Shown here: one piece after another, positions 45,253 to 54,868 of the stretch
How positions within the stretch are numbered: position 1 is the first letter of the stretch
Layout: each line of letters starts with the position of its first letter
Assembly: GCA_964645605.1 (NCBI GenBank)
Contig: CAZYCE010000001.1
Span: forward strand, 64,063-128,062
Direction: 5' to 3'
Length of the DNA: 64,000 nt
From: an uncultured Gammaproteobacteria bacterium
Lineage (GTDB): Bacteria; Patescibacteriota; Microgenomatia; UBA8517
Program-made: the position numbers and the translations under genes
Notes under the pieces: model-generated
The model's input: only the letters and a program-made list of their open reading frames with translations
What the model was told of the DNA's origin: nothing
The model's database searches: none

Positions 45253-45993
45253 ATGAGAATAATATTCTTTAACATCTGGCATGGACAAGCCTGGAACGGC
45301 TTAAAAAGTTTTTTGCAGGAGAATATCGCAAGAACAGATATTTTTTGTTTATTGGAGGTAGACCCGGATGTGCAAAATAAACTCGAGAAATTGTTTAACA
45401 ATTTTGATGCTATTTACGACTGGGGAATCGCAACTGAGTATATGGGCGGAATAACCGAAGGGAGGAGTATTTTTGTCAATAAGAACCTAAAAATTGTAAA
45501 TAGAGGCAAATTGCAGCCTTTCAAAGTTACCCCGAAAGATGCGGGCGGTTTTCAATATATAAGGTTGGAGATTGAAGGTAAAAAACTTTTTGTTGGTGAA
45601 GTTCACGGAAAGACGCACCCTGGAAACAAACTGGATACGCCGGAGCGTTTAGGTCAGTCGGAAATGATAATAAATTTTTTGAAAAATATACAAGGGGCAA
45701 AGATTGTGGGAGGGGATTTCAATTTGATGCCCGAAACTGAAAGTATTAGACTCCTTGAGTCGGCCGGTTATAAAAATCTAATTAAAGAGTTTGATATTAA
45801 ATCGACCAGAAATAAAGTGAGTTGGGAAGAGTTCAAAAACCAACCCGGATTTGTTAAACAGCGTTTTGCCGATTACGTTTTTGTTTCTCCTGAGGTAAAG
45901 GTGAAAAGTTTTGAAGTGCCCTATTTAGAAGTTTCGGATCACTTGCCGTTGATTTTAGAATTTGATCTGCCTGCCGGTGGGGCAAGAATCTAA
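45253..45993 (+). CDS. Endonuclease/exonuclease/phosphatase (EEP) family protein
   Basis: MRIIFFNIW, DIFCLLEV, IVGGDFN, ADYVFVS, SDHLPLILEF; likely start 45253. Confidence 0.88.
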   Translation: MRIIFFNIWHGQAWNGLKSFLQENIARTDIFCLLEVDPDVQNKLEKLFNNFDAIYDWGIATEYMGGITEGRSIFVNKNLKIVNRGKLQPFKVTPKDAGGFQYIRLEIEGKKLFVGEVHGKTHPGNKLDTPERLGQSEMIINFLKNIQGAKIVGGDFNLMPETESIRLLESAGYKNLIKEFDIKSTRNKVSWEEFKNQPGFVKQRFADYVFVSPEVKVKSFEVPYLEVSDHLPLILEFDLPAGGARI

Positions 45994-46034
45994 TTTCATG
46001 TTATTTTCGGGTTATATGCTACAATCGGAATAAG

Positions 46035-47834
46035 ATGCCTGAAAATCAAATTGAAGAGGTAAAATCAAGAACTGATATGGTCTCCATCATCGGGGAAAGG
46101 ATCGAGCTTAAAAAAGCAGGCAGAAATTATAAAGCGCTTTGTCCGTTCCACGGTGAAAAAACACCTTCTTTTATGGTTTCCCCCGAACTTCAAATTTTTA
46201 AATGTTTTGGTTGCGGAGAAGCGGGGGATATATTTGCGTTCCTGGAAAAATACGAGGGTATGGAGTTTGCCGAAGCTATGAAATATCTTGCCGACAGAGC
46301 CGGAGTCAAATTGCAAAAATTTCAGGGAGGTGCCTCATCCGAAAAAGAAAGGCTTATGGAGGTAAATAGACAGGCCATGCGGTTTTATAACTATCTTTTA
46401 TTGGAACACCCTATCGGTAGGAAAGCATTGGGTTACCTGATTGAAAACCGGGGACTTACAACCGCGACAATTAAGGAATTTCAGCTTGGATATTCTCCGG
46501 AAAGTTCTTATTCCCTCAAGAAATACCTGATTGATAAAAGCAAGTTTACTTTAACCGAAATAGAACGTGCAGGTATTGGGATAGTAAGAGGGCAAAGTCT
46601 TTATGATAGGTTCAACGGAAGGATTATTTTTCCTCTTTTTGACCATCGAGGTAATCCGATCGGCTTTTCAGGCAGGATTTTGCCTTGGGATAAGCGTGAA
46701 ACCGGAAAATATATCAACTCTCCCGAGACGCCCCTTTATCATAAAAGCAATGTCCTTTTCGGTTTGAATTTGACCAGAAGCTTTATCAAGAAGAAAAAAA
46801 CCGCAATTGTTGTTGAGGGTGAACTGGATCTCATTTCCTCGTGGCAGGCAGGAATTAAAAATGTTGTAGCCATAAAAGGTTCAGCACTTACCGAAGAGCA
46901 GGTTAGGCTTTTGTCCCGTTTTGCCCAGAAGTTTATATTGGCACTGGATAGTGATATGGCCGGGGATGCTGCCACCAGGCGTGGAATAAAAGTGGCCAGC
47001 GATATGGGAGTCGAAATTAAAGTTGCTGAAATTACGGGAGGCTACAAAGACCCTGACGAGGCAGCCAGGGGAAATATTGAAAGTTATAAAAAGAATCTTA
47101 TCGGTGCAAAAGTAATTTGGGACTTTCTGATAGATTCAGTTTTTGCGCGCAATAATGCCGAAACGGGATCGGGAAAAGCAAAGATCTCAAAAGAAATCAT
47201 CCCTATTCTTTCAGAAATAAGCGATAATATTGTTCGGGCTCATTATGTGAATGTTGTTGCAAAAAAACTCGGAGTTCCCCTGGACGCCGTAACCGAGGAA
47301 ATTTCAAAAGTTGAAAAGGGAGGGGTCACACATGCTGTCCCAGAAGAGAAGCGGGAGGAAAGAACAAAAAGAGAAATACTTGAAGAAAACTTTTTAAAGC
47401 TGGCATTTACGGGGAATCCTAAGGCCCTTCTTATGAATGACGTTTCCAAGCTTGTGAAGTTGCCGCTTAATGTCAAATTGATTGAGGAGTACAAAAAAAA
47501 GCCTCAGGGTAAGACTTTTGAAATATCCGAATTTGGGAAAAATTTGCCCAAAGAGCTATTTGAAGGATTTTCAAAAATGGTTCTTGGTGAGGAGCGTAAT
47601 TTAGATGAGAACGCCGAGGAGTTGCAAAAGGAGTTGGAATTAGTTAAAAAAGAGCTTAAAATACTAGCTGTAAAAGAAAAGTTAGAAATTTTACAATCTC
47701 AAATACGTGAGATGGAAGATAAGGGCGATAAGAAAAAGCTTCTTGAAGCTCAAAACAAATTCAATAGACTCGCCAAAATACGCTCCACTTACGAAAAAGA
47801 TGAAGTAAGCGGTATAATACTAAATGAACCCTAG
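46035..47834 (+). CDS. dnaG: DNA primase
   Basis: CPFHGEKTPSF..CFGC zinc ribbon, KYINSPET, VVEGELD TOPRIM, LDSDMAG, KDPDE. Confidence 0.97.
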   Translation: MPENQIEEVKSRTDMVSIIGERIELKKAGRNYKALCPFHGEKTPSFMVSPELQIFKCFGCGEAGDIFAFLEKYEGMEFAEAMKYLADRAGVKLQKFQGGASSEKERLMEVNRQAMRFYNYLLLEHPIGRKALGYLIENRGLTTATIKEFQLGYSPESSYSLKKYLIDKSKFTLTEIERAGIGIVRGQSLYDRFNGRIIFPLFDHRGNPIGFSGRILPWDKRETGKYINSPETPLYHKSNVLFGLNLTRSFIKKKKTAIVVEGELDLISSWQAGIKNVVAIKGSALTEEQVRLLSRFAQKFILALDSDMAGDAATRRGIKVASDMGVEIKVAEITGGYKDPDEAARGNIESYKKNLIGAKVIWDFLIDSVFARNNAETGSGKAKISKEIIPILSEISDNIVRAHYVNVVAKKLGVPLDAVTEEISKVEKGGVTHAVPEEKREERTKREILEENFLKLAFTGNPKALLMNDVSKLVKLPLNVKLIEEYKKKPQGKTFEISEFGKNLPKELFEGFSKMVLGEERNLDENAEELQKELELVKKELKILAVKEKLEILQSQIREMEDKGDKKKLLEAQNKFNRLAKIRSTYEKDEVSGIILNEP

Positions 47835-47944
47835 CGATAGGGTATTGTTGTGTTCAAGTGTGTGATTGTTGACTCATATCTCGCCGACACTCTTCGCAGT
47901 GTCAATTCATGAGGTTATGACGAAAACAGTCGTTTGCAAAGCAA
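47813..47944 (+). promoter_or_regulatory. rpoD promoter (-10 inside the dnaG 3' end) and structured 5' leader
   Basis: TATAAT 47813; ACCCTA-GCGA-TAGGGT; GATTGTT/AACAGTC, CTCAT/ATGAG and GACACT/AGTGTC nested stems; TTTGC-AAA-GCAAA just before the ATG. Confidence 0.55.
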
Positions 47945-49024
47945 ATGATACGAAAACCAGTACTCGATTTAATTAAAAAAGGACGTGATCAGGGGTTTGT
48001 GACCCAGGAAGAGATCATGGACGTCTTTCCTGACGCGGAAGAAAGAGTGGTGGAACTTGATGATCTGTATGAGAAACTTCTTGCGGAAGGAATTGATGTT
48101 TTTGAGTCTGTTACTCCGGGTGAGATTGAATCCGATGAAAAAGCTAAAGAAAAGCTAGACCGTGAAATTGAGCTTCTTACAAAACTTGAGGGGATTGAGT
48201 CGACAGATCCCGTCAGACAATATTTAAGGGAAATCGGCAGGGTCCCTCTTCTTTTGGCAGAGGATGAAGTTGAGCTTGCGAAAAGATATGAAAAAGCCGA
48301 CAAAAGGGCTAAGGACAAACTTACGGAGAGTAACCTCAGGCTTGTTGTATCAATTGCCAAAAAGTACATAGGACGCGGGCTTTCACTATTGGATCTTATC
48401 CAGGAAGGAAACCAGGGACTTATCCGCGCTGTCGAAAAATATGATTGGAGAAAGGGTTTTAAGTTCTCAACTTACGCAACCTGGTGGATAAGACAGGCCA
48501 TTACTCGCGCAATTGCCGACCAGGCCAGAACCATCAGAATTCCTGTCCACATGGTTGAAACAATAAATAAAATTTATAGAACCAGCAGGAGGCTCATGCA
48601 GGAACTTGGCCGTGAGCCTACTCCTGAGGAAATCGGGGAAGAGCTGGAAATGGAGGGAGATCGCATCCGCGAGATATTCAAAATTGCCCAGGAAACGACC
48701 TCATTAGAGGCTCCCGTGGGTGAGGATCAGGAAAGCTTCCTCGGAGATTTTATTCCCGATGAAACAACCCTTTCCCCGGTTGACCAGGCCAGCAAGCAGC
48801 TTTTGAAAGATCATCTTGAAGAAGTTTTAGGCACTCTTTCGGAAAGAGAGGCAAAAGTACTAAAACTGAGATTTGGTCTTGAGGGCAGCAAAGCCATGAC
48901 TCTTGAGGAAGTCGGAAAAGTTTTCGGAGTTACCCGTGAGCGTATCCGTCAGATTGAGGCCAAGGCATTAAGAAAATTGAAGCACCCTTCAAGGAGAAAG
49001 AAATTGCAGGATTATCTCGACTAA
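47945..49024 (+). CDS. rpoD: RNA polymerase primary sigma factor
   Basis: [69 protein letters not shown]. Confidence 0.98.
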   Translation: MIRKPVLDLIKKGRDQGFVTQEEIMDVFPDAEERVVELDDLYEKLLAEGIDVFESVTPGEIESDEKAKEKLDREIELLTKLEGIESTDPVRQYLREIGRVPLLLAEDEVELAKRYEKADKRAKDKLTESNLRLVVSIAKKYIGRGLSLLDLIQEGNQGLIRAVEKYDWRKGFKFSTYATWWIRQAITRAIADQARTIRIPVHMVETINKIYRTSRRLMQELGREPTPEEIGEELEMEGDRIREIFKIAQETTSLEAPVGEDQESFLGDFIPDETTLSPVDQASKQLLKDHLEEVLGTLSEREAKVLKLRFGLEGSKAMTLEEVGKVFGVTRERIRQIEAKALRKLKHPSRRKKLQDYLD

Positions 49025-49057
49025 TTCTCAATTTCTAATTACTAATTCCTAATTTTT
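49023..49057. repeat. AATTNNN heptamer array at the convergent rpoD/tdh ends
   Basis: aattctc aatttct aattact aattcct aattttt. Confidence 0.75.
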
Positions 49058-49988
49058 TCTTTAATCCCTCAATCATTACCTCGGTCATTTTTGTTAGATC
49101 AAATGAAGGTTCCCATCCCCAATCACGCCTTGCATCGGAGTCGTCAATTGATTCAGGCCAGGATTCGGCAATGGCCTGTTTGGTGGGGTCAGGATTGTAA
49201 GTACAGACAAAACTTGGATAAAGTTTTTTGATTTCGGCCACCAATTCTTCGGGGGTAAAGTTAATTGCGCCAAAATTATAACTTGTTCTAACACTTATTT
49301 TTTCGGCAGGAGCTTCCATAAGATCAATTGTTCCCTTTACCGCGTCGTCAATGTACATCATGGGAAGCCTGGTGCCTTCTTTTAGAAAACAGCTATATTT
49401 ACCCTCATTTAAAAGGCCGTAAAAAATGTGGACCGAGTATTCGGTCGTTCCGTCGCCCGGTGGTGCTTTGTAGCCGGTTAAACCAGGGTATCTTAGGCTT
49501 CTGGCATCAACTCCCCAGCGTTTCCAGTAGTATTGACATATGAGCTCCCCGGCAACCTTCCCGACTCCGTATATAGTTGTCGGTTCAAGGCTGGTGTGTT
49601 GAGGTGTGTTTTTCCTGGGAGTGGTGGGGCCAAAAGCCGCGATAGAACTCGGGAAAAACACTTTAAATTTGTAAGTTTTTGCCAAATCCAATACATTTTT
49701 TAACCCCCCAAAGTTTACTTTCCAGGCTAGGTCCGGATCCTTTTCACTTCCTACGGACAAGATTCCGGCTAGATGATAGACCTCGGTAACTCCGTTTTCT
49801 TTGATGATGTTTTCGAGCGAAGAAATGTCCGTTACGTCCCCTCTGACCAAGTTTCCGTCAAAATCAGGAGGAATTGTTTTATTGCCCATGGCAAAAATGT
49901 TTTCCTTACCGAATTGTGTCTGAAGTTCAGGTACAAGATCGCTTCCCACAAGTCCGAATGCGCCCGTAACAAGAATTTTCTTTATCAT
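49035..49988 (-). CDS. tdh: L-threonine 3-dehydrogenase (SDR/epimerase type)
   Basis: [48 protein letters not shown]; coupled to kbl. Confidence 0.88.
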   Translation of the reverse strand: MIKKILVTGAFGLVGSDLVPELQTQFGKENIFAMGNKTIPPDFDGNLVRGDVTDISSLENIIKENGVTEVYHLAGILSVGSEKDPDLAWKVNFGGLKNVLDLAKTYKFKVFFPSSIAAFGPTTPRKNTPQHTSLEPTTIYGVGKVAGELICQYYWKRWGVDARSLRYPGLTGYKAPPGDGTTEYSVHIFYGLLNEGKYSCFLKEGTRLPMMYIDDAVKGTIDLMEAPAEKISVRTSYNFGAINFTPEELVAEIKKLYPSFVCTYNPDPTKQAIAESWPESIDDSDARRDWGWEPSFDLTKMTEVMIEGLKKKLGISN

Positions 49989-51157
49989 ATAACGGCCATT
50001 TTTTTGCCAACCTTCTCAAAAATTTGAAGCGCTCCATCCAATTGCCCCTTTGAATGTCCGGCGGAGTTCATAATTCTAATTCTGGCTTTTCCCTGAGGAA
50101 CTGTAGGGTAGACTATTGCTTTGGCAAAAAGACCCTCGTTGAAAAGTTCCCTGCTCATGTCCTGAGCGAGCTTGGCGTCCCCAAGCATCAGGGGAATAAT
50201 GGGAGAGATGGAGGTCCCGGTATCAAATCCGAGCTTTTTTAAACCGGCTCTAAGGTAATCTGCGTTTTCCCAAAGTTTTTTAACCAAATCTCCCGATTTT
50301 TCCAAAAGTTCCACGGCTGCAATACAGGCTGCAACATCGGGAATGGTCATCGCCGAGCTAAACAGGAACGGTCGGCCGCGCTGTGAAAGCCATTCAATTA
50401 TTTCCTTTTTCCCTGCAACAATTCCGCCGACAACTCCGAAGGCTTTGCTCATAGTTCCTACCTCAATATCTACTTTTCCGTGGAGATGAAAATGGTCAAC
50501 TATGCCCCTGCCCGATTCTCCCAAAACTCCCTCTCCGTGGGCATCATCAACCATAAGCATTGCGTCATATTTCGAGGTAATTTCATACAGTTTGTCCAAA
50601 GGTGCAATGTCACCATCCATAGAGAATACGCCGTCGGTTATAACCAGCTTTTTAGCCTCTTTGGGTGCGGCTTTCAGTTTTTCTTCCAAATCGGCAGGGT
50701 TTGCATGGGCAAACCGGATTACCTCCGCTTTACTCAGACGGCAGCCATCAATAATACTGGCATGGTTAAGCTCGTCTGAAAAAATGAGATCTCCCTCACC
50801 GGTGAGAGCGGGGATAACCGCCAGATTTGCGATAAAGCCCGATTGAAATGTGATTACAGCTTCTGCTTTTTTAAACTCGGCAAGTTTTTCCTCAAGTTTT
50901 TTATGGAGTGTTGTGGTTCCTGCTATTGTTCTTACGGCAGCCGGGCCAATCCCGTATTTATCAATCGCGGCTTTTGCAGCCTCCTTCATTTCAGGATTGT
51001 TGGCCAATCCCAAATAGTTATTGGAACAGAAGTTTAGAAGCTTTTTGCCGTTAATTTGAATTTCGGGCCCGATTGCGCTTTCTATTGTCAGGATGTTGTT
51101 GTAGAGATTTTGCTCCTTGAGATCACTAACCTGTTTTTTGATCCAGTCCGTGGCCAT
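49985..51157 (-). CDS. kbl: Glycine C-acetyltransferase (2-amino-3-ketobutyrate CoA ligase)
   Basis: [55 protein letters not shown]. Confidence 0.92.
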   Translation of the reverse strand: MATDWIKKQVSDLKEQNLYNNILTIESAIGPEIQINGKKLLNFCSNNYLGLANNPEMKEAAKAAIDKYGIGPAAVRTIAGTTTLHKKLEEKLAEFKKAEAVITFQSGFIANLAVIPALTGEGDLIFSDELNHASIIDGCRLSKAEVIRFAHANPADLEEKLKAAPKEAKKLVITDGVFSMDGDIAPLDKLYEITSKYDAMLMVDDAHGEGVLGESGRGIVDHFHLHGKVDIEVGTMSKAFGVVGGIVAGKKEIIEWLSQRGRPFLFSSAMTIPDVAACIAAVELLEKSGDLVKKLWENADYLRAGLKKLGFDTGTSISPIIPLMLGDAKLAQDMSRELFNEGLFAKAIVYPTVPQGKARIRIMNSAGHSKGQLDGALQIFEKVGKKMAVI

Positions 51158-51179
51158 GAGAAGAGTATACCACTAAAGT

Positions 51180-51294
51180 AATTAATAATTAATAATTTAT
51201 AATTTACAACTTATAAGTTTTAAAAGCGCGAAAACTAGGTTATAATAGCTTCAGAGAATAGTAATTATTACTTGTAAATTATTGATTATAAATT
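51180..51294. repeat. Two inverted AATTNNN heptamer arrays flanking a promoter-like core
   Basis: Plus strand aattaat aattaat aatttat aatttac aacttat aagtttt (51180-51221); minus strand aatttat aatcaat aatttac aagtaat aattact (51294-51260); TATAAT at 51241 lies between them. Confidence 0.75.
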
Positions 51295-51311
51295 CTCTTG
51301 TTCTTTTATAT

Positions 51312-51578
51312 TCCCCTGTAGCTCAATGGTAGAGCGAGATCCTGTCTGGTTTGGCAGCTCTTGACAGTAATGTCGGGATGAAAATCAGGCTAATTCGGGG
51401 AACCCCTCCTTCGTATAAAACTACGGAAGGGTAATCCCGAGCTAAATCACAAAAGTGTAAATGTGTAGAGACTATATACCTGACACCCTTTGGGGTGATA
51501 AGATAGTCCGATCCTTTTGGTAACAGAAGGGCTATTGTAAGATCGAGGTTGGAGGTTCGAGTCCTCCCGGGGGAGCCA
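51312..51578 (+). tRNA. tRNA-Asn(GTT), intron-split (exons 51312-51345 and 51538-51578)
   Basis: TCCCCTG/CGGGGGA acceptor, GCTC/GAGC D stem; spliced anticodon arm AGATC-CTGT|TAA-GATCG; GGAGG-TTCGAGT-CCTCC; encoded CCA. Confidence 0.93.
51346..51537 (+). ncRNA. Group I self-splicing intron (192 nt, no ORF) between anticodon positions 35/36
   Basis: P1 CTGU.c/gGCAG with a U.G splice site; P AATTCGGGGAA; Q AATCCCGAGC; P3 TCAGG/CCTGA; P7 GACTA/TAGTC; P9 with a GTAA loop; terminal G 51537. Confidence 0.92.
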
Positions 51579-51752
51579 AGATTGACGAGAGGCGTAAAAA
51601 GCTATCTTGTCAAAGGGATTTGTCCAGTCGTATCGGGCTTTTTTGCCATTTAGTTCTAAGTTCTGAAGTGTCATCTTCAAAAGTAGCCGTTTTTCGTGAA
51701 CTTCAGAACTTTCAAACAGTTTGCCTGCGTTAAAAGCCAGTTTTAGCGGGTA
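51579..51752 (-). pseudogene. C-terminal remnant of a site-specific (serine-type) recombinase reading into the tRNA 3' end
   Basis: LKLAFNAGKLFESSEVHEKRLLLKMTLQNLELNGKKARYDWTNPFDKI...WLPREDSN; no catalytic N-terminus present. Confidence 0.65.
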
Positions 51753-51948
51753 TCCTGTTGGAATTCTTATTAATTCCAACAGGAAAGTTGGGTATTCCTG
51801 CCAATAAGTGCCATGGTGCATTAAGTTAAAATCCAAAGGATTTTGGATTTGCCATTTTGGCCTATCCAACAATTCTTTGGGTTCTTTTATTGGAAAAATG
51901 CCTTAAATGGATGTTTAAGCCGAAATTTTGTAGAATGGCGGAAACAAT

Positions 51949-52494
51949 ATGTATAACCAACTGTTTTCAAACCAATGGGTTTTTGATAGATGTGTGGAAG
52001 GCGAAGGTGTTTTCATCCCCTTGGTTGTTGCCGTTTCGATACCGGTTCTGGTTTTTCTTTATCGTTACTTGGGAGTGCGAAAAGTTCTCTTTGTAATTAC
52101 CCTCTTTTTAATCCCTCCGCTAGTGTTTATTAGTGGCTCGCTTTTGGGATTTTCCGCTTGCAGCGCGGGCTTATTTTGGAAAGGAATAAGACCAGCACTT
52201 GAACTTAACAATGAAGTGAAAAGAATGTGCGCGGATAATGAGTGCCCTAAGTCAGAAGATGAATTATCCAGGCTAGATACCGATCTTTATCATCAGATAT
52301 CTTCCAATGCAAAGACTAAATATAATTATAGTCAGTCTACCGGAGAATATGTTTGGTACGTTCGGCCAAGTAGATATTATGTAGGCATATTTCAAGAGGG
52401 TACGTTCAGTCTTTATAAAATTCCTTCATTCTTACTGATAAGACACTGGAACAATGTTCCCGTCTATAATGGCAAGATTGAGACGCTTCCTTAG
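51949..52494 (+). CDS. Hypothetical membrane protein
   Basis: 181-aa ORF with 2 TMs and a small Cys-containing domain. Confidence 0.6.
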   Translation: MYNQLFSNQWVFDRCVEGEGVFIPLVVAVSIPVLVFLYRYLGVRKVLFVITLFLIPPLVFISGSLLGFSACSAGLFWKGIRPALELNNEVKRMCADNECPKSEDELSRLDTDLYHQISSNAKTKYNYSQSTGEYVWYVRPSRYYVGIFQEGTFSLYKIPSFLLIRHWNNVPVYNGKIETLP

Positions 52495-52638
52495 TTCCGG
52501 TAGTGTTTATTAAACTAGAATTATTTATAATACTGTTTGAGATATATCTCATAGCGTAGTTATTAGAGGAAACTTTCACTTAAAAAACAACACCACTGTG
52601 CCATCCAAAGTGGTAAGTTAGTATAATATAATTATCAG

Positions 52639-52944
52639 ATGTCTAAAAATCCTATCATTAATGCTCTTAGCACTTTAGCGTACATCATCCTTGTCGTCAC
52701 TGTTATGAACTTTGTTACGCAACCTTTAAAGAATAAGCCTGATACTTTTTTCGCTCCAGTCACATTTTTATCAGTACTTACTCTTTCTGTTGCCGTAATG
52801 GCCTTCTTGTTTTTTTATCAACCACTCCAGCTTTTTATTGAAGGAGAGAAAAAAGAGGCGGTAAATTTATTTACCAAAACCGTTAGTATATTCAGCGTCA
52901 TAACGATCGTGGCCTTAATACTTCTTTCTTCGGGTTTGATTTAA
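52639..52944 (+). CDS. Small three-TM hypothetical protein
   Basis: ATG shortly after TATAAT; hydrophobic; FFYQP motif. Confidence 0.75.
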   Translation: MSKNPIINALSTLAYIILVVTVMNFVTQPLKNKPDTFFAPVTFLSVLTLSVAVMAFLFFYQPLQLFIEGEKKEAVNLFTKTVSIFSVITIVALILLSSGLI

Positions 52945-52959
52945 ATTTTGACTGTTTCA

Positions 52960-53130
52960 GCGATGTGGTGGGGACACTTGGAGATGGTAGGGCTTTGCCG
53001 ATTTTAAAGTCTTACTATGCAGGGAATATTCCGGAAAAAGAACTCTTCAATGAAGTTTTTGGTCAGTGCAAATTCTAAAAAGCCATTAATTTAACAAGTG
53101 GGGGAATTAGTCTAACGGCTGTCTTTCGGT
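52960..53130 (+). pseudogene. Decayed HEAT-repeat protein fragment
   Basis: GTLGDGRALPILKSYYAGNIPE / frameshift / ...KF*KAINLTSGGISLTAVFR; LGxLGDxRALPxL is a HEAT_PBS signature. Confidence 0.55.
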
Positions 53131-53244
53131 GTTATGGCTTAAAATAAACATAGTTGCTATAATGGGGCAATGCTAACCAAACATCATGTTTTGGTGAAGC
53201 AGTTTTTTACAATTGCGTTTGTTTTGGGTATACTCATATAGATT

Positions 53245-53769
53245 ATGTCTAAACCAAAATCTAAAAAAGTAATAGTTAAAAGGAAAGAATCCGAGCAGAC
53301 TTTGGGGGGAAAAATTGGAAAAGCATTATTAACTTACCTAACTACCCAGTTTGTTTTAATGATCTTGGTTGGGCTTGCTACTTGGGGTATTTTATCTTTA
53401 CTTCATGTTGGATATCCGATTCTTCTGGCAGTCATGACAGGAGTTTTGTCCGGAGTTCCGGGCTTTGGAATGACTGTTTCAACAATTATTATCGCCCTGG
53501 TTGCAATTTTGGACAATACTAATATGTGGACGAACTCTCCGTCATGGCTTGAAGCATTAATAATTTTAGTTTTGTTTTTTGTATTCAATAAATTTATTGA
53601 TCTGATCATTGGTCCGATTTTCTTAGGCAAAACCAATAAAGTAAATCCTTTTGTTGTTGTTATTTTGGTAGTCTTAGGAACCGTCTTTATGGGGATTCCT
53701 GGGGCAATTTTGGCCATGCCGATTTATTTGGTTATTAAAACAACACTTGAACACTTCGAAGGGAAATAA
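53245..53769 (+). CDS. AI-2E family transporter (C-terminal half only)
   Basis: YLTTQ, YPILLA..G..S.VPGFG, IIGPIFLG...VNP, GIPGAILAMP. Confidence 0.8.
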   Translation: MSKPKSKKVIVKRKESEQTLGGKIGKALLTYLTTQFVLMILVGLATWGILSLLHVGYPILLAVMTGVLSGVPGFGMTVSTIIIALVAILDNTNMWTNSPSWLEALIILVLFFVFNKFIDLIIGPIFLGKTNKVNPFVVVILVVLGTVFMGIPGAILAMPIYLVIKTTLEHFEGK

Positions 53770-53792
53770 AAACCCCGCCGTTTGAGGCGGGG
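53768..53792 (-). terminator. Intrinsic terminator (hsp20; possibly bidirectional)
   Basis: aaaaaCCCCGCC-gtttga-GGCGGGG. Confidence 0.75.
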
Positions 53793-53814
53793 AAAAGTCT
53801 TTTTTTAAAACTTT

Positions 53815-54246
53815 TTATTTAATTTGCTTTGCTTTAACAGCAATTTTCTTGGGCTTTGCGGTTTCCGCAATAGGAGCTTTTATAGTAACCACTCCGTCAT
53901 TCACCTCAGCTGAAATTTTGGACCCGTCAACTGCCCTTGGCAGATTAGTAGTGTAATCAAAATAGCTCACCTTTTGCTGTTTATAGACCACTTTCTTTTT
54001 CTTTTTTTCCTCCTCTGTCTCGGTAGTCTCAGCCTTGATTCTCAGTACCCCATCCTCAAAAGTAACGTCGACTTTATCGGCGGGAATTCCAGGAACAGCC
54101 GCTTTAACAACAACATCTGTGTCCGTTTCATACACATCAAGGCCTTCGGTTACTTTAATCATCGGCCAGTTTTCGTCTTCCTCAAAAGGGGTTAAGAAAC
54201 GATCACTTAGCCACGGCGCAAAAGGATTGAATTTAACAATTGCCAT
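53815..54246 (-). CDS. Hsp20/alpha-crystallin small heat-shock protein
   Basis: LDVYETD..VVVKAAVPG, DGVLRI, ISAEVNDGVVTI; SD GAAAGGAGGTGA before ATG 54246. Confidence 0.92.
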   Translation of the reverse strand: MAIVKFNPFAPWLSDRFLTPFEEDENWPMIKVTEGLDVYETDTDVVVKAAVPGIPADKVDVTFEDGVLRIKAETTETEEEKKKKKVVYKQQKVSYFDYTTNLPRAVDGSKISAEVNDGVVTIKAPIAETAKPKKIAVKAKQIK

Positions 54247-54270
54247 ATATTTCACCTCCTTTCAAATCAG

Positions 54271-54305
54271 TTAGCAGTCTAATACACTGAGTGCTAGTTT
54301 GTCAA
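54271..54305 (-). promoter_or_regulatory. CIRCE operator (HrcA site) overlapping the sigma-70 promoter of hsp20
   Basis: TTAGCAGTC-N9-GAGTGCTAG (54271-54297); TTGACA 54305-54300 and TAGACT on the minus strand. Confidence 0.9.
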
Positions 54306-54322
54306 GAGGGTTTTTACGGGGG

Positions 54323-54811
54323 TTATTTTGTCTTTTTTGAAGATGCCTTCTTGATTACCTTCTTTGCTTTCTCAGGTTTAATTTCCTTTGTCTCGCCGGA
54401 GTCTTTAACGGAGGCAGGCTCAATCTTTTCCTCGACAACTGTCGGGGTAGGAGTTGGGGCTAAAATATTAAGAATTCTATCAAGTTTGGTATCCATTGCA
54501 TCAAACCGAGCTTTATTTTGATCAAAAGAGGGAACCTGGGGCTTAGATTCAGATCTTCGGGAGTCTCTTCCGCCGTTCATTTTTTCAAAACACTCACTGC
54601 AATAAACCGGTTTTCCATTTGAAGGCTTAAAAGGTACCTGACAATCTTTTCCGCAGTTGCTGCAGACGGCGCTGAACATCTCGCGGTGTCCGGCGTCTCT
54701 GTCAAAACCTCCACCAAAACCACCACGTCCGCCTCGGTTGCCGCCGAAATCGCGCCTACCGAAGTCTCTACCTCCACCGCCACCTCTCCTGTCTCTTCCA
54801 AAATTTCCCAT
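54323..54811 (-). CDS. CxxC-x17-CxxC zinc-ribbon protein with an RGG-rich N-terminus
   Basis: MFSAVCSNCGKDCQVPFKPSNGKPVYCSECF. Confidence 0.85.
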   Translation of the reverse strand: MGNFGRDRRGGGGGRDFGRRDFGGNRGGRGGFGGGFDRDAGHREMFSAVCSNCGKDCQVPFKPSNGKPVYCSECFEKMNGGRDSRRSESKPQVPSFDQNKARFDAMDTKLDRILNILAPTPTPTVVEEKIEPASVKDSGETKEIKPEKAKKVIKKASSKKTK

Positions 54812-54868
54812 AGAGTGTCATTGTATCATGCTTATCTAAATTAACCTAATGAATGTATAATATCTACC

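Noticed and set aside
51447-51872. 141-aa ORF as an intact gene
   Set aside because: Its 3' part is antisense to the tRNA-Asn exon and intron; only the middle resembles a recombinase tail.
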